From Squalus acanthias (taxonomy: Eukaryota): a DNA stretch of 64,000 bases. The DNA lies in the NCBI GenBank assembly GCA_030390025.1, contig CM059432.1:58406001-58470000 (forward strand), written 5' to 3'. Each line of letters opens with the position of its first letter. Position 1 is the stretch's first letter. The notes under the pieces are model-generated. The model ran no database searches and had not been told where the DNA came from. It saw only the letters and a list, made by a program, of their open reading frames with translations. Shown here piece after piece: positions 12,440 to 25,573 of the stretch. Position numbers and translations under genes: made by a program.

Positions 12440-12745
12440 AGTCATTAATAATTCACATTGTTAAAAGGGTACTTATGCTGATAATTACTAGACTTAACTT
12501 TCTGTGCCAAGTTTAACGGACAATTTATGTGCAAATGCAGCAAATTCATGAAAACCATGAGGAGGTTAATTAGGAGATGCCGTTTTTGCACAGCTAACGG
12601 CCGAGTGGCACAAATCAGCTTGCAAATTGTGGCGATTTGCAATTCATGGGGTATTTCTTCTTCGCTCCAAGTTGCTGGCCAATTTGCGCATTAATAACGC
12701 TGTACATTGTTCAGATGCCATTATTTTATCAGCAAAATCTAGCCC
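12440..12745. mobile_element. MITE-like fragment ending in Harbinger-type TIR (AAAATCTAGCCC); same family as the pieces at ~50596-50795, 52491-52705 and 53291-53410
   Basis: ATAATTACTAGACTTAACTTTCTGTG...CATGAAAA is shared with 53291-53400. Confidence 0.6.
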
Positions 12746-13539
12746 AAAGTAATTGGTCTTTCACAAAAAGAGGCAGTGATGCAATGAAACAAGAGGTCAT
12801 CACTTAATCTTTAGCTGATAAGTTGTTTATTTTGGAATTATCTGTTGAACAGGAAAATATCCTGAATTCTGACATTCTGGCATCAGTGCTACTGTCAGGC
12901 TGTTAACTAACTTCATGTATCAGCATTATCTGGGGTCATGATTTAATATTTATAAGAGTCCTGGTAGTATTGGGCATAATGTACCTCACTGGAACCAATT
13001 TTCTTTCCCACGCTTTGGCAGGAGGCCATGAGGAGAAGAATTACTTACTTCTGAATTATGATATGTCTATAAAAAGATAGGAACAAGAAAAAGGCAATAT
13101 TTGGCACATGCAGCCCACTCCATAATTGATGTCCTTTTATAAAGAGACAGAGGCATGGACGCCGGTGATATTGAGCACACACATTGGCAGGGGATCCCAT
13201 TGTATTACATCATACCAGTGCATCCATTCCACTCTCCACAGTCTCACAATGGGTAAATAAGAGGCCTAACACCTGTCCCGCTCATCGCAACCCAATTTCT
13301 GTGAGACGACCTAAAACAGACATTAGGCCACTCATTTACGTATATAAGGAACCTAACGGCTGACTTTAGCAGTTGCCAGGGACCAATCCGAATTTCAGCT
13401 CGGATGTTTTTCAGGTGTCCTTGAGGCACAGAATCTTGGTCCCCAAAACTAGGCTTCATTGCGCCCATTTTACTCCCATAAAACGAGGTCCAATTTCTTC
13501 CACCACACTCCCGAGCCAATGGAGCCTTCTCCACTTTAC

Positions 13540-13880
13540 CAGATTTTCCATGCTTCCCCTCCCCCTTTGCTATTTTGCTGTAACCATTCACGTATCCTCT
13601 GGGTCTTGGATATGTCTTTTGCTTCTCTCATTATTGCTTCCGTTGTCTTACACCATTATCACTTCTGTCAGCTAATCATCTCCTGTCCTCTACCTAATTA
13701 CTTTACAGACCATTCTTTTTTTTCACCCCATCCTCTTTTCCCTGGCTCTGTCCTTCATCTGGAACATCTTACAGTTCTAACGAAGGGTCAACGAGCTGGA
13801 ACGTTAACCCGACCTTCCTCTCTCCACAGATTCTGCCTGACCTGCTGAGTGTTTCCAGCATTTCCAGCTTGTATTTCCCC
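13540..13880 (+). mobile_element. Decayed Penelope 3' end / pLTR with degenerate hammerhead
   Basis: AGTTCTAACGAAGGGTCAACGAGCTGGAACGTTAAC followed by CTGCCTGACCTGCTGAGTGTTTCCAGCATTT matches the pLTR family. Confidence 0.7.
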
Positions 13881-14127
13881 TACAGTTTCTTCCTTGTTTT
13901 TATCAGTTGAAAGATTAAAATGTAATCTACTGCTCTTAATTCAAAGCTGCTTAATTCAAATTATTGGATAATTCAAGTTTCTTAGTGCAATTATCAGGTG
14001 CCTGTATAAAAACTTTGGACTAAAAATTTGTGGCCACCACAAGTGTTGCCAGTGTCACCGCGGCCTCAAGTTAACGGCCGCTGTAAATGGACGAAGCGCT
14101 ACAAGAAAAAAATTCATGTTAGAAAAA

Positions 14128-14235
14128 GAAAAAGAAAGACTTGCATTTATATAGCGCCTTTCACGACCACTGGACATCTCAAAGCGCTTTACAGCCAATG
14201 AAGTACTTTTGAAGTGGAGTCACTGTTGTAATGTG
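14128..14235 (-). mobile_element. SINE 3' tail (DeuSINE/SacSINE-like)
   Basis: AAAGAAAGACTTGCATTTATATAGCGCCTTTCACGACC; reverse complement of 17770-17850. Confidence 0.7.
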
Positions 14236-15650
14236 GGCTAAATATTTTTAGCCCAGCGCTAACTTACCATGTAACATCCTCCTGGTGGCGTTAGTGTAGG
14301 CATGAGAGTCGAAGTCCCCGTCCTGAAGCAGCGTTCCAGCTTCCAGCAGCCTCTGGAAGTGAGGCAATAGAGTTCGCTAGGCATTGTGGGGAATTAAAAG
14401 GGCAATGCCTTTTGAACTAATAAAAATCAAAATGAAGTGAAAAAATGCAGTTTCAGCCCTTACTGCCTTTTTCAATAATTTAACATTAAAAAGAAGTCCC
14501 AAATGGGAGTCTTCAGCTCGTAAAGCTGAATTCCCTTCCGAAACTCAAAAAATGGGAAAAGTGCTTCAACACTGACACAAATGGCTCTGCAAGCCTGGGA
14601 AAGGACACCCAGGGTCTCGCACGCAGCACTCCAGCTTTGTGCAGGGGGTCAACACTGCAAGAGAGGTCCTCTACCCACAGGGGCCAGGAGGCCCTCCAGA
14701 AAGAACGATGTGGGAGCACATCACCGAGGCTGTCATTGCCAGCAGTGTCGGCCCCATGACCTGGCTCCAGTGCCCAAAGAAGCTTCATGACTTCAGACCA
14801 CCAGTCAAGGTCAGTGAATGCATCTTCAAAAGCCATCTCCTACCAACTAGCCTCACACACTTCTCAATGCACAACTCTCCCCACGCGCCCCTCCCCCCCC
14901 CTCCCCAATTACTCACCGGCCAACAATCTGTACCAATCACGAGGCACACCTCCCATTCCTAGCCTCACCTCACCCCCTTGGAGGAGATGGTGCTGGCCAT
15001 TCTTGGCAGGGGCATGGTTGAGCCCTTGGGATACAAGATGCTGATATCCTCATATGTTATCCTCCTTCTCGCATGCACCTCTTGCTTTCCCGCCCTCCAC
15101 TCACCACAACTCCATCCTTGTGCCTTCCTCATTACACACACCCAAGAAATCCAGCCTGCCCAGCCAATGGTTGGCCAAGAAGAGGGAGAGAAGAAGAAGA
15201 AGAACTGTCACTCGGTTTGACACTCCCAGCCACCAGCTCCTCAAGGTCGACCAGCAAGGCCATTTGCAGTGTCCCCCACTGAAAGTCAGCAGCCTTCCAC
15301 CAGTCATGCTGCAGCCACTGGGGTAGCACTGTATGACATCAGTAGGATAGGCAAAGGCACACACAAGGCAGTCACTAAGAGAATGCATAAGGGTGATGAG
15401 TTTATTTCTTGATGCCATATTGGATGGATAGATGTATAAAGTTGGATTGGAAAGTTTGCGTTGTGGTGGCTTTTATTTCAGCATTGTGGCCAAGAGGGCG
15501 CTGTGATGGTCAGTAACAGCGGGAAGGTAAGGTGTGGGACTAATGATGTAAGGGTAATTGGGGTTGTGGTACTGCGGATGGATGATTCCATCCCAGATAT
15601 CCCAGCTGTCTGGGTTGCATCCTTCCTTCTGCTTCCTCCTCTTCTGTTTC

Positions 15651-17662
15651 ATAAGAACATAAGAACATAAGAAATAGGAGCAGGAGTAGGCCAATCGGCC
15701 CCTCGAGCCTGCTCCGCCATTCAATAAGATCATGGCTGATCTGATCCTAACCGCCAATCTACTATCTATCACAGAACCATCTCCTGCATCTAACAGAATT
15801 GCACACACGAAATAGGAGCAGAATCAGGCTACACAGTCCCTGGGCCCGCTCCACTACCCACAGGGCCATGACCGATCCGAACCTAGACTCATGTCCAAAT
15901 TCCTGCCCGCTCCCCGTAACCCTTAATGCCCTTTACTTCTAGGAAACTGTCTATTTCTGTTTTAAATTTAATTAATGTTGTAGCTTCTACAGCTTTTTGT
16001 GGCAGCATATTCCATGGACCTACCACCCTCTGAGTGAAGTAGTTCCTCCTCATCTCAGTTTTGAAAGAGCAGCCCCTTATTCTAAGACTATGTCCCCTAG
16101 TTCTCGTCTCACCCGTCATCGGGAACATCCTCCCCGCATCCACCCGATCCAACCCCTTCACAATCTTATATGTTTCAATAAGATCGCCTCTCATTCTTCT
16201 GAACTCCAATGAGTAGAGTCCCAATCTACCCAACCTCTCCTCATATGACCACCCCCTCATCCCCGGGATTAACCGAGTGAACCTTTTTTGCACTGCCTCG
16301 AGAGCAAGGATGTCTTTCCTTAAGTAAGGACACCAAAACTGTATGCAGTATTCCAGGTGCGGTCTCACCAATACCTTGTACAACTGAAGCAATACCTCCC
16401 TATTTTTATATTCTATCCCCCTAGCAATGAAAGCCAACATTCCATTTGCCTTCTTAATCACTTGCTGCACCTGCATACTAACCTTTTGAGTTTCGTGCAC
16501 CAGGACCCCCAGATCCCTTTGCACTTCAGTACTCTCCAGTTTCTTGCCATTAAGATAATAAATTGCTCTAGGATTTTTCCTGCCAAAGTGCATCACCTCA
16601 CACTTTCCAGTGTTGTATTCCATCTGCCAAATCTCTGCCCACTTACTTAGCCTGTCTATGTCCCCTTGCAGGTTTTTTATGTCCTCCTCACTCACTACTT
16701 TCTCTCCCATCTTTGTATCATCTGCAAATTTTGATATGTTACACTTGGTCCCTTCCTCCAAATCGTTAATATAGATTGTGAAGAGTTGGGGACCCAGCAC
16801 TGACCCCTGTGGAACACCACTAGTTACTGATTGCCAGTCTGAGAATGAACCATTTATCCCAACTCTTTGCTTTCTGTTAGATAGCCAATCCTCTATCCAT
16901 GCCAGAATATTACCCCCAATCCCGTGATTTTTTACCTTAAGCAATAATCTTTTGTGTGGCACCTTGTCAAATGCCTTTTGGAAGTCTAAATACACTACGT
17001 CCACTGGTTCCCCTTTATCCACTCTATATGTTACTTCCTCAAAGAACTCCAGCAAATTTGTCAAACATGACTTCCCCTTCGTAAAACCATGCTGACTTTG
17101 TCCTATTAAATTATGATTATCCAAATGTCCTGTTACTGTTTCCTTAATAATGGACTCCAAAATTTTACCTACCACAGATGTTAGGCTAACCGGTCTATAG
17201 TTACCAGCCTTCTGTCTACTGCCCTTTTTAAATAAGGGTGTTACATTAGCAGTTTTCCAGTCTGCCGGGACCTTAGCGGAATCCAGGGAGTTTTGAAAAA
17301 TTATTACCAATGCATCTACAATCCCTACCGCCACTTCCTTCAAGACTCTAGGATGTAAGCCATCAGGTCCAGGTGATTTATCCGCCTTGAGTCCCATTAT
17401 TTTACCGAGTACCACTTCCTTAGTGATTTTGATCGTGTTTAGCTCCTCTCCCCCTATAGCCCCCTGTTTGTCCAGTGTTGGGATATTCTTAGTGTCCTCT
17501 ACTGTAAAGACTGATACAAAATATTCATTCAGTGTTTTTGCCATCTCCATATTTCCCACCATTAATTTCCCGGTCTCATCCTCTAAGGGACCAACATTTA
17601 CTTTAGCCACCCTTTTTCTTTTTATATAACTATAAAAACTCTTACTATCTGTTTTTATATTT
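15651..17662 (-). mobile_element. 5'-truncated CR1 LINE with open RT frame (stop at 15889) and (TTCTTATG)n tail
   Basis: [37 protein letters not shown] and KFADDTK motifs; CATAAGAA x3 at the 3' end. Confidence 0.95.
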
Positions 17663-17706
17663 TTCTTCCTCTTCTGTTTCTTCCTCTTCTGCGTCTTCCT
17701 TTCCTG

Positions 17707-17855
17707 TTTGTGGGACCTTTCTGTGCACAAATTGGCTGCCGCGTTTCCTACAATACAACAGTGACTCCACTTCAAAAGTACTTCATTGTCTGTAAAGCGC
17801 TTTGAGACGTCCAGTGGTTGCGAAAGGCGCTATATAAATGCAAGTGTTTCTTTTT
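17707..17855 (+). mobile_element. SINE 3' portion (DeuSINE/SacSINE-like)
   Basis: GTAAAGCGCTTTGAGACGTCC...GAAAGGCGCTATATAAATGCAAG. Confidence 0.7.
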
Positions 17856-17873
17856 TCCTCTTCCCTCTGCGAG

Positions 17874-18010
17874 CTGAAAATCTGAAATGACAGCATAGAA
17901 TGCTGGAAATACTCAGCAGGTCAGGCAGCATCTCGACCTGAGACGTGAACTCTGTTTCTCTCTCCACGGAGAGAGAAACTGACCTGCTGAGTACTTGAAG
18001 CATTTTCTGT
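17874..18010. mobile_element. Inverted (fold-back) Penelope pLTR remnant
   Basis: ATGCTGGAAATACTCAGCAGGTCA ... TGACCTGCTGAGTACTTGAAGCATT. Confidence 0.7.
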
Positions 18011-18817
18011 CATCTCAAAGGCCTTCCTTTCCCCTCTGAGGCCTTGCAAGTGTCCAGCAGCACTCCCTACACACTTAAAAAACTGTTAACATGTAGCTTA
18101 AATGCAAACTTACCTGAAAAATGTGTGTGCCCCTTTAAGAGGTGCTGACATCACCTCTGTCAGCCTGCTTGCATGCTGGGTTTACATGGTGAGCTTAGGA
18201 CCCAGCGCTGAACTCAGCGCAAAGGTCCAAGTTTGCCGTGGTGACGTTAAGTCAGTGTTACACGTTGATGTCACCTCTCCCTCATTTTAATTTGCAGGGT
18301 GATGGATGTTACCGGCAGCGCTGTCGGGCCTGGGAAAATGGAGGATGCCGTGAGACCCGCCACCAGCTGGCGAAAGAGAAGCGGCTGGCCTCTTAACGCA
18401 ACTTTTTGCCAGTAATGGGTGGCATTAAGTTCCTGAATTTTTAGCCCTTTATATTTTATTTTTAACAAAATAAAATCACTGATTGCACCTCTTGCACATC
18501 TTGAGATCAGAGCCCAGAATTTCCATTACTTTTTAGAGCAACAGTAATGTTCAGCATAGGGCCCCAAATTGGGGCAGAACCTGTCACTGCTGGGTATTAC
18601 GCCTAATCCTCTCACTGCTTTCTGCCCTTCTCCTTCTACCCTGGCATCACTTTTGGGAGTGTATCTAGCAGGATCCCAGTCTTTGCTGGAACTCCCACCA
18701 GTATCATCACATATGTGGCCATCAGCCCATACATCTGCAGGAAGCAGGTGAATATGCCATATGGGGCAGTACGTAGGACGACTATGCACTATTCAAACAG
18801 AAGTTGATCCCAGAAAT

Positions 18818-19225
18818 AGAAAGTATGGGCATTTATATGGTGCCTTTCACATCCTTAGAATGTCCCAAAGCACTTCACGTCCAATGCACTTGGAAGCATA
18901 GTTACTGTTATGTAGGCAATGAGCAGCTAATTTATGCAGAGCAAAGTCCAACTAACAACAAATAGATAAATGACCAATGAATCTGTCCTGGTGTTGTGTG
19001 TTAAATAGCATTGGTAGGACACTGGGAGAACAGCCCTGCTCTTTGAATAGTGCTATGGGATCTTTTACATCCACCTGAACAGGCAAACTGGGGCCACCAT
19101 CTCCAACAGTAGAGCATTCTTGAGTACTACACTGATATATAAACCGAGATTATATGCTCAAGCCCTGCAGTGGACTTGAACTCACAATCTTCTGACTTGA
19201 AAGTGAAAGTGCTATCATCAAAACA
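18818..19225 (-). mobile_element. Near full-length decayed tRNA-headed DeuSINE (SacSINE-like)
   Basis: Deu-like core AATAGTGCTATGGGATCTTTTACATCCACCTGA, tRNA-like head at the right end and the shared tail at the left end. Confidence 0.7.
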
Positions 19226-20875
19226 AGCAGAAAGATTGACTGTCATTCCAATATGGGGCCTCTGTCTTTGATCAGACTGGCCTGTGGCTCTGCTCCCTGG
19301 AAGCAGCAAGGACCCACTCCGACATTCTGCATGCCCGTGGGGTGAGTGCCTTAGGAACACTAGCACCCACCTCTAGTATGTAAATAAGCCCATCCTCGGG
19401 ATTTGGAATGCGGTCATGTCAGGGACAGATTGATGGTCCAAGACCCTGCTGCAGTTCCAACAAACACCATTGCACACCGGAATTTCTCAGCTCGGTCGTG
19501 TTTAGATCAATTCAAGATTTGTGAGGTCTGAAACACTTTGCAACTCCCTCAATCTTTGGCCCAGCAAAGTTAGCTACAGGGAAATGGCTTGTCTTTGGGA
19601 GGGAAACAATCATCTCTGTTTAATAATCTGGTGTGGGGGAGATGAAAACCTAAGACTGTGCTGTGCAGATCTTTTGGATTAGTAACAGCATGTGATTTGT
19701 ACATGCAATACTTATTCTTCACATACAATCAGATATGACTATAAATTGCTTAAGATTTATAAAAAAACTGTCAGATTTGTGCAACAAGATGAGGAGCCAT
19801 GTACGGAAGGTGATCAGTCTTTAGTCAGATAGAGATTCACAAACAGTGAATGTACTTTAATAGAATACTGTATATGACCAGGAACAGCAGAGCTGTCTGA
19901 TGTTTGATAGAGGAGACAGGCTATTGTTGCAGTGCATTATGAAAGTTGATTTATGTGTGTGAAATATTAATAACTTAATTGAGGTGATGTTCCATTTATT
20001 CTATGGCACAATTCATTCTGGCGTTTTAAATATCTCCTGAATTTGACTGTTAAGTGATGTTATTCACTTCAGTGAATTAGCAATTTAATTTCACTTCAGT
20101 GAACTATCGCATCACTGGGCAGTAGGATTATAATTCACACTCACCAGCGTGAAAATTATTTTTCAGCTGAGTGATATGAGCACTATATGTGGATAGAATT
20201 TATAATTCTGCTTAAACCTTTATAAATTTATTTTTCAACAAGTGATTTAAGATTATCACTAAACTTAATTCATAGTCACAAAAAAGTAAGGGATTACTTT
20301 GCAAATGGAAGCCTCTTAGAAATTTACATTTATAGCATTTGCCCTGAGAATGTTGTGTAAAGTGCTTTTAAATAATACAGTCTCCTTTGATGATCAGTCA
20401 AACTTAAAAAATGTAATTTATTCTGACTATCTTGCGATCGATAGTATTCCTTTCCAAGCGTTTCAGATGTTCTGGAGCAGCAGTTGATCAAAAAATCATA
20501 ACAAGCTGAGATAACAGACACGTAAAGTGAAGGTACGATGGGCTAAGAGGCTTATGTATAGTATTACCTACAAACACCAATAATAAATTATAAGAGACGT
20601 GGAACTGAACATTTTAATGTTCAAATCGACAATAAATAAAGAATTGAATATTTAGTGTGAAAATGGTTATGAAGAGAGCTAGTACATTTGATTGGCCTGG
20701 CAGTAAATATAGTTAAGTGAGAGGCCAAAAATAAAGAGCTGTTTTTTGGTGTTTTCCAAAATAAAATTTCAAGATACTGTAAAAATATTTTAATACATCA
20801 GATCTTCTGCGGCACAGCGAGCAGCAATTATAATACAGAATACATTATGTATTTCTTTTTAATAGAAAGTCTGAT

Positions 20876-20971
20876 GTCAATCTTAGCTCAGTAGTAGTAC
20901 TCTTGCCTCTGAGTTATGAAGGTTGTGGGTTAAGCCCCACTCTTGACACTTTGAGCACATAATCCAGGCTG
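20876..20971 (+). mobile_element. SINE tRNA-derived 5' head fragment
   Basis: TAGCTCAGTAGTAGTACTCTTGCCTCTGAG...GTGGGTTAAGCCCCACTC (A/B-box-like). Confidence 0.6.
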
Positions 20972-21827
20972 TGGGGGTTAGCAGTCATCTGCATATATTT
21001 AAAACCAAAGGTTAGACATCTGATTTTCAGTCGCATTGAGCAGCGGTATTAAAGATTGTACCATGCTGTTTCTTCTCTGTACGATGCACTGTCTTGTAAC
21101 TATTAGCTGCCCTTGGAAAAGGAACCCATTATAAATAAGCTTTTCTGGAATATCCCACATAAATATTGCCAATCCATAAACTACAGGAATTTGGGATGGA
21201 ACCCAGTTTTGCTAGTATCCACCCTATTAAGCCTGTAGCCCAAGTTGTGATGGAGGCCGCAAACCATGGGCTCACCCCTCCCCCAAGTCTACTGCTTTCT
21301 TTTGGGAGGGTGTCTGGGGGTGTTCTCAGGCTACTCCAGAAATTCCATCCAGTAAGCCACCTGATAGGCCCTGTGGGAACATGTTGCTGAGAGCAGGCGT
21401 AGGTCCATTCTGGGCCTTAAGAAGTCCTCAAGATTGCCAGAGACAAAGATAATTGATCCCAGGTGGATCAGTTACCTTTAACATTCTTCCCCATTGCTCA
21501 AATAAAATGATGTGGCCTCATTTCTTTGAACCTTGCTGGACCTCAGGGTCCCCCTGCCTGAATCCCTTTAAGGACCGCTGTTTAGGTAAAAATCACTTAC
21601 AACTGCCAAAATAAACGTCATAGTTTTATTTTTTATTAGCTACATGGAGTTGGGTATCTTCTATAAATTGTTTTCATGAAGACAAAAATTGAGAAAAGCC
21701 ATAAGAAATATGGGTGATGTCCATTATCATGTCAGATATGAGTGATAATATATCTCAGTAGTTTAGAAACATTTTTAATTTTGGTCCAATTATCTTTGAT
21801 GTCCTTCCTTTCCTGAAGCCAGTGACT

Positions 21828-23505
21828 AAAAGAGAGAGTATGAGAATAGACTGGCAGCTAAAATAAAAGGGAATCCAAAAGTCTTCCATAGGCATATAAA
21901 TAGTAAATGGGTAGTAAGAGGGGTGGGACCAAAAAGGAGACCTACGCATGTATGGCTGAGGTACTAAATGAATACTTTGCATCTGTCTTTACCAAGGAAG
22001 AAGATGCTGCCAGAGTCATAGTGAAAGAGGAAGTAGTTGAAATACTGGATGGGCTAAAAATTGATAAAGAGGTGGTACTAGAAAGGCTGGCTGTACTTAA
22101 AGTAGATAAGTCACCAGGACCGGAAGGGATGCATCCTAGGATGCTGAGGGATGTAAAGGTGGAAATTGCAGAGGTACTGGCCATAATCTTCCAATCCTCC
22201 TCCAGCAACTACAGGCCAGTCAATTTAAACTCGGTAGTGGGAAAGCTTTTAGAAACGATAATCCGAGACAAAATTAACAGTCTCTTGGACAAGTGTGGAT
22301 TAATTAAGGAAAGCCAGCACAGATTTGTTAAAGGTAAATCGTGTTTAACTAACTTGATTGAGTGTTTTGATGAGGTAACAGGGAGGGTTAATGAGGGCAA
22401 TGCGGTTGATGTGGTGTACATGGACTTCCAAAGTTTGATAAAGTGCCACATAATAGGCTTGCTAGCAAAATTGAAGCCCATGGAATAAAAGGGACAGTGG
22501 CAGTATGGATACGAAATTGGCTAAGTTTTTTAAAATTCGTTTATGGGATGTGGGCGTCGCTGGCAAGGCCAGCATTTATTGCCCATCCCTAATTGCCCTC
22601 GAGAAGGTGGTGGTGAGGCGCCTTCTTGAACCGCTGTGACAGGAAACAGAGAGTAGTGGTGAATGGTTGTTTTTCAGACTGGAGGAAGGTATACAGTGGT
22701 GTTCCCCAGGGGTCAGTACTTGGAGCACTGCTTTTCTTGATATATATTAATGACTTGGACTTGGGTGTACAGGTGCACAATTTCAAAATTTGCAGATGAC
22801 ATAAAACTTGGAAGTATAGTGAACAGTGAGGAGGATAGTGATAGACTTCAAGAGGACATAGACAGGCTGGTGGAATGGGTGGACACGTAGCAGGTGAAAT
22901 TTAACACAGAAAAGTGTGAAGTGATACATTTTGGTAGGAAGAACAAGGAGAGGCAATATAAACTAAAAGGTACAATTTTAAAGGGGGTGCATGAACAGAG
23001 AGACCTGGGGATATATATGCACAAATAATTGAAGGTAGCAGGGCAGATTGAGAAAGTCATTTCAGTTACGTGGATAAACTGGAAAAGCTGGGGGTTATTC
23101 TCCTTAGAGCAGAGAAGGTTGAGAGGAGATTTGATAGGTGTTCGAAATCATGAGGGGTCTAGACAGAGTAGATAGAGAGAAACTGGCGGAAGAGTCGAGA
23201 AACAGAGAATACAGATTTAAGGTGATTGGCAGAAGAACCAAAGGTGACATGAAGAAAAACTTTTTTATGCAGCGATTGGTTATGATCTGGAATTCACTGC
23301 CTGAAAGGGTAGTGGAGGCAGATTCAATTGTGGCTTTCAAAAGGGAATTGGGTAAGTACCTGAAGGAAAAAAAATGATCAGGGCTACGGGGAAAGGGCGG
23401 GGAAGTGGGACTAGCTGAAGTGCTCTTGCAGAGAGCTGGGATGGGCTCGACCGGCCGAATGACCTCCTTTTGTGCTGTAACCATTCTATAATTCTATTCT
23501 ATGAT
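21828..23505 (+). mobile_element. Decayed 5'-truncated CR1 LINE (same subfamily as 32632-35465)
   Basis: Fragmented RT ORFs and a (TTCTA)n-type tail. Confidence 0.9.
22526..22636 (-). mobile_element. 3' end of a second CR1-group LINE family nested in the CR1
   Basis: Matches the ends at 24110 and 36571 (GCTGGCAAGGCCAGCATTTATTGCCCATCCCTAATTGCCC). Confidence 0.85.
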
Positions 23506-23669
23506 TGTACTCTAATACAGAAATAGAGCCCCATGGATGCCGGGAGAACATCCATACCTTATTTAATTAGTCATTCTTCCTACGTGAGCCTAGATTGTGA
23601 AATAAGGTAAAGTACTCAACCATCGCAACCGATTCTGATCCTGTCCTCATCAGGTTCCACACATTCACA

Positions 23670-24027
23670 ATTCTCATCCTTCATGGCCTCGCCCCTCCCT
23701 TTCTCTGTAACCTTCTCCAGTCCAAAAATTCCCCAAATTATTTGTTCCTCTGAATATGGACTTTAGTGCATCCCCTCCTCCCTTCGCACTACCACTGACA
23801 GCCGACCTTTATTTATCAAGGCCCCACACTCTAGAATTCCCATTCCATGCCCCATCTCCTTTCCATCATTAAGGTCCTCCTTGGTCTTTGGCCAAGCTTA
23901 TGTCATCCATCCTAATATTTCCTTCTTTGACCCGGCATCCATCTATTTCCGATTTCGCCTATGTGAAGTGCCTTGAAAGATTTTTCTACGTTAAAGACGT
24001 TATATAAATAGAAATTGTTGTTGTTTT
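23670..24027 (+). mobile_element. Decayed L2-like LINE 3' end
   Basis: CATGGCCTCGCCCCTCCCT...GTGAAGTGCCTTG...TATATAAATAGAAATTGTTGTTG. Confidence 0.6.
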
Positions 24028-24109
24028 TCGTTGGAGCTGCTGAATAGCCCATGGACACTGAAGCCAACTGTTGCACTCTGACCACTGCCCTAGCTGAGAT
24101 TGGTTGACT

Positions 24110-25573
24110 TTTTTATATTCGTTCATGAGATGTGGGCATTGCTGGCAAGACCAGCATTTATTGCCCATCCCTAGTTGCCCTTGAGAAGGAGGTGGTGAGC
24201 CGCCTTCTTGAACCGCTGCAGTCTGTGTGGTGAAGGTACTCCCACAGTGCTGTTAGGGAGGGAGTTCCAGGATTTTGACCCAGCAACGATGAAGGAACGG
24301 CGATATACTTCCAAGTCAGGATAGTGTGTGACTTGGAGGGGAACTTGGAGGTGGTGGTGTTCCCAGCGTCTGCTGCCCTTGTCCTTCTAGGTGGTAGAGG
24401 TCGCGGGTTTGGAAGATGCTGCCGAAGAAGCTTGGCGAGTTGCTGCAGTGCATCTTGTAGATGGTACACACTGCAGCCATGGTACGTCAGTGGTGGAGGG
24501 AGTGAATGTTTAAGGTAATGGATGGGGTGCCAATCAAGCAGGCTACTTTGTCTTGGATGGTGTCGAGCTTCTTGAAGCTGCACTCATCCAGGCAAGTGGA
24601 GAGTATTCCATCACACTCCTGACTTGTGCTTTGTAGATGGTGGAAAGGCTTTGGGGACTCGGGAGATGAGATACTCGCCGCAGAATATCTAGCCTCTGAC
24701 CTGCTCTTGTTGTCCCAGTATTTATGTGGCTGGTCCAGTTAAGTTTCTGGTCAATGGTGACCCCCAGGATATTGATGGTAGGGGATTCAGCGATGGTTAT
24801 GCCGTTGAATATCAAGGGGCAGTGGTTAGACGCTCGCTTGTTGGAGATAGCCAACGCCTGGCGTGAATGTTACCTGCCACTTATCAGCCCAAGCCTGATG
24901 TCGTCCAGGTCTTGCTGCATGCGGGCATGGACTACTTCATTATCTGAGGAGTTGCGAATGGCACTGAATACTGTGCAGTCATCAGCGAACATCCCCATTT
25001 CTGACCTTATGATGGAGGGAAGGTCATTGATGAAGCAGCTGAAGATGGTTGGGCCTAGGACACTGCCCTGAGGAACTCCTGCAGTGATGTCCTGGGGTGG
25101 AGATGATTGACCTCCTACCACTTTCCTTTGTGCTAGGTATGATTCCAGCCACTGGAGAGTTTTCCCCCCAATTCCCATTGACTTCAGTTTTACTAGGGCT
25201 CCTTGATGCCACACTCGGTCAAATGCTGCCTTGATGTCAAGGGCAGTCTCCACAGTGACTGTGCAGTGGTCACTGCTACCAATGCTGTCATGGACAGATG
25301 CATCTGCGACAGGGAGATTGGTGAGGATGAGGTCAAGTAAGTTTTTCCTTCGTTCTCTCATCACCTGTCGCAGGCCCAGACTGGCAGCTATGTCCTTCAG
25401 GACTCGACCACCTCGGTCAGTAGTGGCGCTACCTAGCCACTCTTGGTGATGGACATTGAAGTCCACCACCCAGAGTATATTCTGTGCCCTTGCAACTCTC
25501 AGTACTTCTTCCAAACGATGGAGGAGTACTGATTCATCAGCTGAGGGAGGGCAATAGGTAGAAATTACAACCA
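24110..25573 (-). mobile_element. CR1-group LINE (second family), internally deleted with EN joined to RT near 25250
   Basis: DFNVHHQEWLGS and SDH (EN) directly joined to [20 protein letters not shown] and FADD (RT). Confidence 0.88.

Larger units (their letters stand above)
14017..18447. mobile_element. Decayed Harbinger with nested insertions; Myb exon 1 remnant on + (~14580-14810)
   Basis: TIRs GGACTAAAAATT / AATTTTTAGCCC with TSD TTT on both sides. MWEHITEAV...WLQCPKKLHD is followed by a GTCAGT donor. Confidence 0.8.

Noticed and set aside
17663..17775. N-terminal extension of the 628 aa CR1 ORF
   Set aside because: Chance read-through into flanking SINE and simple-repeat sequence; the LINE is 5'-truncated.
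20467..20532. Exon-like segment between TTTCAG and GTACGA
   Set aside because: Stops in all three frames; no supporting homology.
20876..20971. tRNA gene
   Set aside because: Degenerate SINE head; no proper cloverleaf or terminator.
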